From Candidatus Eiseniibacteriota bacterium (GTDB lineage: Bacteria; Eisenbacteria; RBG-16-71-46), in contig JBGAMH010000002.1 in the NCBI GenBank assembly GCA_044223135.1, positions 1-58,420 on the forward strand: a stretch of DNA of 58,420 nt. The letters run 5' to 3'. Both the position numbers and the translations under genes were made by a program. Below the pieces are notes generated by a model. It was given only the letters and a program-made list of their open reading frames with translations. It had not been told where the DNA came from and searched no databases. Within the stretch, counting starts at the first letter, position 1. Every line of letters begins with the position of its first letter. Of the stretch, positions 46,044-54,229 are shown in pieces.

Positions 46044-47477
46044 ATGTCCTGGAACTGGAAGCGCCACCGTCTCGCGATCGGTGTCGCTGCCGGCGTGCTC
46101 GCCCTGACCCTCGGGGCCGCCGCGCTGCTGTCGACGGAGGCCGATCGCTGGAAGCCGCGGGCCGAAGCGATGGCCTCCGACGCGCTGGGCATGCGTGTTC
46201 GCATCGGCGGACGCCTGTCCGCGGGCTTCGTTCCGCGACCGCACGTGTCGGCGGCGAGTGTCGAGATCCTCGACGAGCGCGGGGCCGTGGTGGCCTCCGC
46301 TCGGAAGGTCGACGTGGCGATCGGCTGGCGGGCGCTGCTGCAACGGCAGGTCCGCGTGAGCGCGCTGGCCCTCACGCAGCCGCGGCTGTCGATCGAGCAG
46401 GGTCCCGACGGCCGGTCGAACCTCGCGCGACTGCACCGGTCGTTCGCGTTGCTCGGCCTGCTGGACGGGGCGAGCGTGTCGCTGACCGACGGCAGCGTGC
46501 GCTTCGCGAACCGGCGCTCCGGCACGGTCGTCGAGGCCGCGGGGCTCGACGTGGCCGCGCGCGGCGTGCGCTTCGAGGGGGCGAGCGGCGCCGACTTCGC
46601 CCGGCAGGCGATGCTGCGCGCCAACGTCGCCTGCCGGTCCGTCCGCAGCGGGCGCCTCGCCCTGTCCGCGCTCGAACTCTCGGTCGAAGGACGAAACGGC
46701 GTGTTCGAGATTCGGCCGATCGGCGCGAGGCTCTTCGGAGCGCAGGCCTCGGGCAGCGTGCACGCCGACTTCACCGGCGCGATTCCCGCGTGGCGCGTGC
46801 AGTGCTCGCTGCCGCGCTTCCGGATCGAGGAGTTCCTCCAGGCGTTGTCGCGTGACGTCGGCGCCACCGGCACGATGGACTTCGCGGCCGATCTCCAGGC
46901 GCGCGGTGCCGGCTGGGCCGGCGTGGTGGCGAGCGCCGGCGGTGTGCTGTCGCTGCGCGGCGAGAACCTGGTGCTGCTGGGAGAAGACCTCGACCGCAGC
47001 TTCGCGCGCTTCGAATCGAGCCAGAACTTCAGCCTGCTGGACGTGGGCGCACTGTTCCTGGCGGGGCCGCTGGGCGTCGCGGCCACGAAGGGCTATGACT
47101 TCGCGTCCCTGTTCCACGGGACGGGCGGACGCACCACGATCACGCGACTCGTTTCCGAATGGCGGGTCGAGCGCGGCGTGGCGCGTGCACGCGACGTCGC
47201 GCTGGCGACCCCGAAGAACCGCATGGCGCTGCAGGGCGATCTCGACTTCGTGCACGGCCGCTTCGCGGAGGTCACGCTGGCGGTGATCGACGCGCGGGGC
47301 TGCGCGGCCCTGCGCCAGGTGGTGCGCGGGCCGTTCGACGCACCCGTCGTGGAGAAGCCGCGCCTGCTCGGCTCGCTCGCGGGCCCGGCGCTTCGTCTCG
47401 TCCAGCGTGCGGGCCGGCTCTTGCGGACACCGCCCTGCGAACCGTTCTACACCGGAGCCGTGGCCGCGCCCGGATGA
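46044..47477 (+). CDS. AsmA-family outer-membrane biogenesis protein
   Basis: Internal ATG at 46044 preceded by GGGAGA. N-terminal anchor followed by ...RWKPRAEAMASDALGMRVRIGGRLSAGFVP... and C-terminal ...NRMALQGDLDFVHGRF..., matching AsmA N- and C-terminal regions. Confidence 0.75.
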   Translation: MSWNWKRHRLAIGVAAGVLALTLGAAALLSTEADRWKPRAEAMASDALGMRVRIGGRLSAGFVPRPHVSAASVEILDERGAVVASARKVDVAIGWRALLQRQVRVSALALTQPRLSIEQGPDGRSNLARLHRSFALLGLLDGASVSLTDGSVRFANRRSGTVVEAAGLDVAARGVRFEGASGADFARQAMLRANVACRSVRSGRLALSALELSVEGRNGVFEIRPIGARLFGAQASGSVHADFTGAIPAWRVQCSLPRFRIEEFLQALSRDVGATGTMDFAADLQARGAGWAGVVASAGGVLSLRGENLVLLGEDLDRSFARFESSQNFSLLDVGALFLAGPLGVAATKGYDFASLFHGTGGRTTITRLVSEWRVERGVARARDVALATPKNRMALQGDLDFVHGRFAEVTLAVIDARGCAALRQVVRGPFDAPVVEKPRLLGSLAGPALRLVQRAGRLLRTPPCEPFYTGAVAAPG

Positions 47478-47695
47478 GCCGGGGCGGCGGCGGGCGCGAG
47501 ACGTGCCCGATGCCGACGGCGACTGCGACGGATGGTGCGTGGCGGTCTCGGTCCGCGGGACGCCGGCAAGGAAACCGGTCCTGACGTTCGCGGCTCACCC
47601 GCGAACCACGCAGCGCGTCGGCCCCGGCCCTCCGGGGTCGCAGCGCAGGTCGTGGTGGGCTCGTGGCCGATCGGTGCCGGAGAGGGCGGCGTCCC

Positions 47696-48961
47696 TCAAT
47701 CGTGCCGCGGCTTCCTTCCGCTGGCCGCCGCACGGCGACTGCCGAGCGACTCGAGCTGAGCGTCGAGCCCCTCCACGAGTTCGCCCGCGTGCCCGCGATA
47801 GACGATGCGGCTGTCCCGGATCACGAACGTCGTGGGGAACGACTGCACCCCCCAGCGCACGGCGGCCGTGGAGTCCGCCACGAAGACCGGCAGCGCCAGC
47901 CGGTGTTCGTCGACGAAGCTCCGAGCCAGGCGGGATGCTTCCGCGGGTGGCTCTCCTTCGATGTTCACCGTGATCACTCGAACGGGAGTGGTCCTCGGCT
48001 GCTTCGCCCATTCCTGCAGCACGGGCAACGCATGGCGGCAGGGTCCGCACCACGTGGCCCAGCAGTAGGCGACCGTGATCCCGCGAGCGGGAACCGGAAC
48101 CACCCTGCGCCCGGTCTCCAGCTCCGTCATCGCCTGCCGGGGCGCCGGGCGGTCGGTGCGATACCGCTCCAGGTAGAACTCCCGGTGGGACCGCGACCGG
48201 GCCGCGGCGATCTCGGCGTGCAACGAGTCGCGGGACCAGCCGTGCACGCCCGCGAGCGAGTCGAGCTTGCCCCGTGCCTCGGCCGTGTTCGACGTGTCGG
48301 GCGTGAACACCGACAGCCCGGCCACGAGCTGGCGGATGGCGCGGGCCACGTCGCCGCGCCTGGCGTACGCGTCGGAGAGCTCGAACAGCACGTACGGGTA
48401 GCTCCCCTTCGCCTCGTCGGCGCACCGCTCCCACGTCACGACCGCCGCGTCGTCGTGGCCGCGACGCGACTGGATCTCGCCGAGCCACGCGAGGTCACCC
48501 ACGAGCGAGCCCTTCGTGGAGTCGTGCTCGACGATCTCCACGGTGCGTCGCAGCAGGCCCTCGGCGAGTTCCAGGCGCTCGTGACGCCGGCCCAGCCAGG
48601 TACCGAACTCCCGGAGTGCGGAGGGGTCGGACGGTTGCAGCGCGAACGACGACTCGGCGGCAGCCTGCATGGCGTCCACGCGCCCCTTCGCCTGGGCGGC
48701 CGAGTACAGCAGGTACCACGCGAAGCTGCGCGGAAAGCTGTCGGCCAGCGAAGGCATCACGGTGAGCACACCGGCGTACGCCGAGTCGGCCGTGGCGGGA
48801 TCGTCGACGAGCGGAATCCACGGCGCGAGTGGCGCCAGCGGCTTGTGCGACGCGGGCTCCGCGAGGCTCGCGAGCGGAGCGAGCATCGCGAACGCGATCC
48901 CCGCGAGCGACGACAGGCGGCACGCGCGACGGCGCGAGAACGGAACGGGACCTGCGGCCAT
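47696..48961 (-). CDS. TlpA-like thiol:disulfide oxidoreductase (thioredoxin fold, WCGPC) with a ~250-aa N-terminal helical domain
   Basis: Internal ATG at 48961 preceded by GGAGGGGG. Signal ...LSSLAGIAFAMLAPLASLA. C-terminal VAYCWATWCGPCRHALPVL and FPTTFVI. Confidence 0.8.
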   Translation of the reverse strand: MAAGPVPFSRRRACRLSSLAGIAFAMLAPLASLAEPASHKPLAPLAPWIPLVDDPATADSAYAGVLTVMPSLADSFPRSFAWYLLYSAAQAKGRVDAMQAAAESSFALQPSDPSALREFGTWLGRRHERLELAEGLLRRTVEIVEHDSTKGSLVGDLAWLGEIQSRRGHDDAAVVTWERCADEAKGSYPYVLFELSDAYARRGDVARAIRQLVAGLSVFTPDTSNTAEARGKLDSLAGVHGWSRDSLHAEIAAARSRSHREFYLERYRTDRPAPRQAMTELETGRRVVPVPARGITVAYCWATWCGPCRHALPVLQEWAKQPRTTPVRVITVNIEGEPPAEASRLARSFVDEHRLALPVFVADSTAAVRWGVQSFPTTFVIRDSRIVYRGHAGELVEGLDAQLESLGSRRAAASGRKPRHD

Positions 48962-49219
48962 CTGCCCCCTCCAGCGTTCCATCGAACGAAACGACCCGCG
49001 GGCCGCGAGCGGGGGTCTGGCGCCCGTGCATCGCTCCGACCGGCGATCACCGGGCCCGGTGACCCGCGGCAGGGCGGTGCGCAATTCCATTCGGATCGTG
49101 AAGCGACCGTCGCGCGCGACGCAGCGCATCGACGGCCGGTCGCAAAGGTCCACCGCTCTCTGCGTCCGGTCAAGCAACCGAGGCCGGCGGCGGTGGGCGG
49201 GTGCCCCTCGACACCGCCG

Positions 49220-50581
49220 CTACGCGCGCGTGCCGAGTGCCTGCGCGGCCACGCGCACGATCGCGGCCAGGCTGCGCTCCACGTCCTCGTCGGTGGTGGC
49301 GCAGGACGACACGCTGATGCGCATGGCCGTGCGGCCCTGCCACACGGTGCCGCCCGCCCAGCACGTGCCGTCCGCCTGGATCGCGGCGATCACGCGACGC
49401 GTGCTCTCGGCGTCGCCGAACGCCACGAGCACCTGGTTCAGCTCGACGTCGTTCAGCACCTCGTGGCCCGCCGCGCGCAGCCCTTCGGCGAACCGCGCGG
49501 CCTGCCGGCACGAGCGCTCGATCATCTCCGCGAGCCCGCGCCGACCCAGCGAACGCAGCGCCGCCCACACCTCCACACCACGCGCGCGGCGCGAGAAGTC
49601 CGCGGTCCACTGGTGCGGCTCGCGCGCCTCACCCACCACCAGGTAGGGCGCGCTCGTGGTCATGGCCGCATGCAGGTGGCGCGGGTCGCGCACGAACACG
49701 AGCCCGCTGTCGTACGGCACGTTCAGCCACTTGTGCGCGTCGAGCGCCCACGAGTCGGCGCCCTCGCACCCCGCCACCAGGTGCGCTCGCGCCGGCGCCG
49801 CCGCGGCCCAGAGCCCGAACGCGCCGTCCACGTGCACCCACGCGTTCGCGGCGCGCGCCCGGGCCACGATCGCCGCGGCGGGGTCGGACGCGCCCGTGTT
49901 CACGTTGCCCGCCTGCACGCACACGATGGTGTGGTCGTCGAGCGGCGGCAGCGCGTCGGCGCGCATGCGGCCGGCACCATCCACCGGCACGCGCACCACG
50001 CGCTCGCGGCCGAAGCCCACCAGCGTGAGCGCCTTGAGCACACTCACGTGCACTTCGTCGCCCACCACCACCGTAATCGGCGGTGCACCGAACAGTCCCT
50101 GCGTTTCGGCGTTCCAGCCCTTGCGTGCCAGCAACGCGTGCCGCGCGGCGGCGAGCGCCGCGAAGTTCGCCTGCGTGGCGCACGTCACGAATCCAGCGCC
50201 GCACTCGGCCGGAAGCCCGAGCACGTCGCGCAGCCAGCGGATCGCCACGTCCTCGAGGCGCGCGGCCGCCGGTGCGAGCACGACGAGGCCCGCGTTCTGG
50301 TCCCACGCGCCGGCCAGCCAGTTCGCCGCGAGCGCCGCGGGCAGGGTGCCCCCCACCACGAAGCCGAAGAAGCGCCCGCCCGCGGACGCCATCGTCGCGG
50401 GCGAGCCCGCGTCGTCGAGCAGCGCGATCACTTCGCGCGGATCGGTGGGGCCTTCGGGAAACGGTTCGTCGAAACGGGCGAGGCCGGCCAGTGCATCGGC
50501 GGTGGGCGCGACGGCGCGGGTGGCGAGCCCACGGCGGTAGCGGGCCGCGCGCGCGGCGGCGGCCTGCAGCAGTTCGTTCAT
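49220..50581 (-). CDS. Group II pyridoxal-dependent (amino-acid) decarboxylase
   Basis: Internal ATG at 50581 preceded by GGAGAC. Motifs GFVTCATQANF, HVDGAFG and the PLP-lysine motif SWALDAHKWLNVPYD. Confidence 0.85.
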   Translation of the reverse strand: MNELLQAAAARAARYRRGLATRAVAPTADALAGLARFDEPFPEGPTDPREVIALLDDAGSPATMASAGGRFFGFVVGGTLPAALAANWLAGAWDQNAGLVVLAPAAARLEDVAIRWLRDVLGLPAECGAGFVTCATQANFAALAAARHALLARKGWNAETQGLFGAPPITVVVGDEVHVSVLKALTLVGFGRERVVRVPVDGAGRMRADALPPLDDHTIVCVQAGNVNTGASDPAAAIVARARAANAWVHVDGAFGLWAAAAPARAHLVAGCEGADSWALDAHKWLNVPYDSGLVFVRDPRHLHAAMTTSAPYLVVGEAREPHQWTADFSRRARGVEVWAALRSLGRRGLAEMIERSCRQAARFAEGLRAAGHEVLNDVELNQVLVAFGDAESTRRVIAAIQADGTCWAGGTVWQGRTAMRISVSSCATTDEDVERSLAAIVRVAAQALGTRA

Positions 50582-50761
50582 GACGTCTCCGGGGGACATG
50601 CGTGGACGGTGACTGCGCACTGGTACCGCCTCGTGCGAGATTCCGGCAAGCGAGAACGACGGATCGCGAGTCCCGGCCTCCGCGTTCGCCCGCCCTCGCT
50701 CGGACGTACGAGAGGACATCGCCACTCCCGACGATGTCCCCTCCCACCGAGCGAGGCCCCC

Positions 50762-53700
50762 GTGCGCCCTGTCCGGCCCCTGTTCGCAATTCTCCTCGTC
50801 GCCGTGACCGCGGGCCACGCGACGCCCGCGAGCGCCGCGCCCCCGGCGCCGCGCCTTCGCCCCGCGTTCGCGCAGGCGAGTCGCCCCGGCGCGTCGCACG
50901 CGTCCGGCACCGGATCGATTGTCGCCACGCCCGCTCCTCGCTCCGACGGCGCCGCGCCCATGCGCTCGGTGCCCGACGGCGCCGGTGGCACGTACTTCGC
51001 GTGGAGCAACTCGTGCGACGGGACCCAGGACCTGCTCCTGATCCGCGTCACGGCGGGCGGCGCGCCTGCGGCCGGCTGGCCCGCGAGCGGTGTCGCCGTG
51101 TGCACGGCACCCGGTGACCAGGGCGCGGTGGGCCTCTTCCCGGACGGTGCGAACGGGGTGCTCGTGGTGTGGATGGACGGCCGCGCCGGCATCGACCGGC
51201 TCGACCTGTACGCGCAGCGCGTGAACACCTCCGGTGTCCCCCAGTGGGCGTCGAACGGCGTGCTGCTGGGCGTGAACCAGGACTACAACGCGCGGGTGTG
51301 CCCGGACGGTACGGGCGGGCTGCTGGCCGTGTGGGGCGTGGGCGAGGACAGCGGCTCGAACATCGTCGGCAACCGGCTCACCGCCGCCGGAACGAACGCG
51401 GCGGGATGGAACGCGAACGGCACGCCCCTCTGCAGCGCGCCGCAGTATCAGTCTCCGCAGGGCGTGCTGAGCGACGGAACGGGCGGCGGCTACTTCCTGT
51501 GGCGGGACGTGCGCAGCGGGAACCAGGAGCTCTGGGGCCAGCACGTGAACGCGGCCGGCGTGGCGCAGTGGACCGCCGACGGCATCGTGCTCGCGACGGG
51601 CGAGTTCGGCATCGAACCCCTGGCCGCCTGCGAGGATGGCGCCGGTGGCCTGATCGCGGCGTGGGCGGGCGGGCCCGGCCTGGTGGTGCAGCGCTTCGAC
51701 GGCACCGGCGCCGAACTGTGGACGGCCGGTGGCCGCACGCTGCTGACGGGCGGGGCCGCGTACCAGATGACGCTGCTGCCCGTCGGATCGGGAAACACGC
51801 TGGCCGTGTGGTCCGACTTCGCGGGCCCCGACATGGACATCCACGCGCAGCGGGTGGATGCGACGGGGGCTTCGCAGTGGGACACGTCCGGCGTGGTGGT
51901 GCGGAGCGTGGCCGCGGGCGGCGGAGTGTACGACCTGCACGCGACGGGCGACGGCCTCGGAGGCGTGATCGTGACGTGGGTCGACGGCCGGGACGACCCG
52001 GTGGACTGGTGGCCCTCGTACACGCAGCGCATCAGCTCGGCGGGCGTCGCACAGTGGGCGGCGAACGGGCTCCTGCTGTCCGCACCGGGCGCGCTCGCCG
52101 ATCAGATCCAGCCCACCGCCGACGGCTCGGGGGGTGCGCTGTTCGCATGGGCCGACTACTCCGAATACGACCCGTCGGTGCGTGCGCAGCGGCTGAACGC
52201 GTCGGGTGCGCCGCAGCTGGCCGCGGGCGGCGTGCGCGTCACGCCGGGTGCAACCAGCGTTCAGCGCGGAGGCCTCACGGTGCACGACGGCGCGAACGGC
52301 GCGTGGATCGTGTGGGTGGAGCAGTTCGGGACCAGCCAGCAACTGCGTGCACGCCACCTGGGTCCCACCGGTTCGCCGGTGGGCGCGACCGTCGTGCTCA
52401 GCGACGCGCCGGGCGACAAGTACGGCTTCGGTGCCATCGCCGATGGCTCGGGTGGACTGATCGCGGGCTGGACGATCTACCTGCAGGGGACCGACGGGGG
52501 GCTGTACGCGCAGCGAGTGGACGCCGCGGGCACGCCCCGGTGGACGCCCAACGGCGTCGTCGTTTCGGGCCCGGGCGCGTACCACAACAACCCGCAACTC
52601 GTGCCCGACGGCGCGGGTGGAGCGCTCTTCGCGTGGTCCGCCTACACCACCGACTACGACGTCCTGGCCCAGCGCGTGGACGCGACCGGTGCGCTGCGCT
52701 GGGGCGCGAATGGTCTCGCCGTCTGCACCGTCACGAGCCAGCAGTACCTGGGAGCGCTCGTGTCCGACGGTGCGGGCGGCATGCTGTGCGCGTGGGCCGA
52801 CTACCGCCAGCCGTCGAACAACGCCGTCTACGCGCAGCGCGTGAACGCCGCGGGCGTGGCGCAGTGGACCGCGGACGGCACTCCGATCTCCACGAACGGC
52901 GCGACGAGCGCTTTCCCCCGGGGCATGGTCGGCGACGGGGCGAAGGGCGCGATCGTGCTGATCGATGCCCAGTACCGGCCGATCCCGACGAGCAACGTGA
53001 CCGAGGACTCGCTCCGGCTGCAGCGGGTCGACTCCACGGGCACGACACGCTGGGGCGCGATCGGCACCACCGTGTTCTCGCAGGGCACGGTGCTGAACGG
53101 CGTCCAGATGGTGTCCGACGGGCTCGCGGGAGCCGTCGTGGCGTGGGAAGAAGAGCGCACGGGGACGCTCGACCTGTACGCGCAGCGCGTGAACGACGCC
53201 GGCGCGATCCAGTGGGCCGCGACCGGCGCGCCGCTGTGCGTGGCGGCCGACTGGCAGCAGCTGGCCGGGCTCGCCGGCGACGGTGCCGGCGGCGTGTTCG
53301 CCTCGTGGGCCGATGCGCGCGGGCACGGCTGGTACGACCTCTACGCGCAGCACCTGCTGGCGAACGGCAGCGCGGCGTGGACCGTGGACGGCATCGTGGT
53401 GGGTGGCGCGGCGCGCGGGCAGTACGGCGGCGGCCTCGCCACCGACGCGACGGGCGGCGTGATCGTGGGCTGGACCGACAACCGCAACGGCATCGCGAGC
53501 AACGTGGTCGCGCAGCGCGTGCAGGCGAACGGCGCGGTGCGCTGGGCGGTGGACGGCGTCACGTCGGCGCTCGTCTCGCTGGCGAGCGCGACGCTCGACG
53601 GGGGCCGCGCACGGCTGGCCTGGTACGTCGGCACGACGGGCCCGGTGCGCATCGAGCGCGCGACCGAGTCGAGCGCATGGGCCCCCGTGGCCACGCGCAG

Positions 53701-54094
53701 CCCCGACGGCGACGGCATGGTGCGCTTCGAGGACGCGAGCGTGCAGAACGGCGTGCGCACCGGCTGGCGGCTGAGCGTGCCCGACGCGGACGGCGACGTG
53801 ATCGCAGGCGAGGTGTGGCTGGGCGGAGCCGTCGCGCTGGCGCTGGAGGCGCCGAGCCCGAACCCGGTGCAGCGCGACTTCACGCTGGCCTTCACGCTGC
53901 CGGTCGTGGCGCCCGCGCGGCTGGAGCTGTTCGACGTGCGCGGACGCCGCGTGGCCTCTCGCGACGTGGGCGCCCTCGGCGCCGGACACCACGTGGCGCG
54001 TTTCGACGACGCCGCGCGCGAGCCGGGCGTCTACTTCGCGCGCCTCACGCAGGGCGCGACGACACGGCAGACGAGGGTCGTGGTCGTTCGGTGA
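50762..54094 (+). CDS. Large secreted repeat protein: ~16 copies of the DGxGG...W.D.R...YAQRV ~55-aa repeat, a beta-sandwich region and a C-terminal FlgD-Ig/T9SS-like domain
   Basis: GTG at 50762 inside track ORF 47663..54094; the upstream 3.1 kb of that ORF is antisense to two solid genes. Signal VRPVRPLFAILLVAVTAGHATPASA. Repeats such as PDGANGVLVVWMDGRAGIDRLDLYAQRVNTSGVPQWASNGV. C-terminus reads LELFDVRGRRVASR...GVYFARL...VVVVR. Confidence 0.85.
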   Translation: MRPVRPLFAILLVAVTAGHATPASAAPPAPRLRPAFAQASRPGASHASGTGSIVATPAPRSDGAAPMRSVPDGAGGTYFAWSNSCDGTQDLLLIRVTAGGAPAAGWPASGVAVCTAPGDQGAVGLFPDGANGVLVVWMDGRAGIDRLDLYAQRVNTSGVPQWASNGVLLGVNQDYNARVCPDGTGGLLAVWGVGEDSGSNIVGNRLTAAGTNAAGWNANGTPLCSAPQYQSPQGVLSDGTGGGYFLWRDVRSGNQELWGQHVNAAGVAQWTADGIVLATGEFGIEPLAACEDGAGGLIAAWAGGPGLVVQRFDGTGAELWTAGGRTLLTGGAAYQMTLLPVGSGNTLAVWSDFAGPDMDIHAQRVDATGASQWDTSGVVVRSVAAGGGVYDLHATGDGLGGVIVTWVDGRDDPVDWWPSYTQRISSAGVAQWAANGLLLSAPGALADQIQPTADGSGGALFAWADYSEYDPSVRAQRLNASGAPQLAAGGVRVTPGATSVQRGGLTVHDGANGAWIVWVEQFGTSQQLRARHLGPTGSPVGATVVLSDAPGDKYGFGAIADGSGGLIAGWTIYLQGTDGGLYAQRVDAAGTPRWTPNGVVVSGPGAYHNNPQLVPDGAGGALFAWSAYTTDYDVLAQRVDATGALRWGANGLAVCTVTSQQYLGALVSDGAGGMLCAWADYRQPSNNAVYAQRVNAAGVAQWTADGTPISTNGATSAFPRGMVGDGAKGAIVLIDAQYRPIPTSNVTEDSLRLQRVDSTGTTRWGAIGTTVFSQGTVLNGVQMVSDGLAGAVVAWEEERTGTLDLYAQRVNDAGAIQWAATGAPLCVAADWQQLAGLAGDGAGGVFASWADARGHGWYDLYAQHLLANGSAAWTVDGIVVGGAARGQYGGGLATDATGGVIVGWTDNRNGIASNVVAQRVQANGAVRWAVDGVTSALVSLASATLDGGRARLAWYVGTTGPVRIERATESSAWAPVATRSPDGDGMVRFEDASVQNGVRTGWRLSVPDADGDVIAGEVWLGGAVALALEAPSPNPVQRDFTLAFTLPVVAPARLELFDVRGRRVASRDVGALGAGHHVARFDDAAREPGVYFARLTQGATTRQTRVVVVR

Positions 54095-54229
54095 GGCGAG
54101 GGGCGCGGGCGCCCGGCGGCATCCGGGCGCTCGCGGGCCGCGCGCGACGCAACGCCTGCCCCGCGGGCCCGACCTGTTCGTGGGCCCGGGGCCTGCGGGT
54201 GCCGGCCCCGGGCACTTCGACCGGTCCGT

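Noticed and set aside
47663-50761. The 5' 3.1 kb of the 2143-aa + strand ORF 47663..54094
   Set aside because: This part is antisense to the TlpA-like and decarboxylase genes and translates to Arg/Gly/Pro-rich nonsense. A signal peptide and the repeat architecture begin only at GTG 50762.
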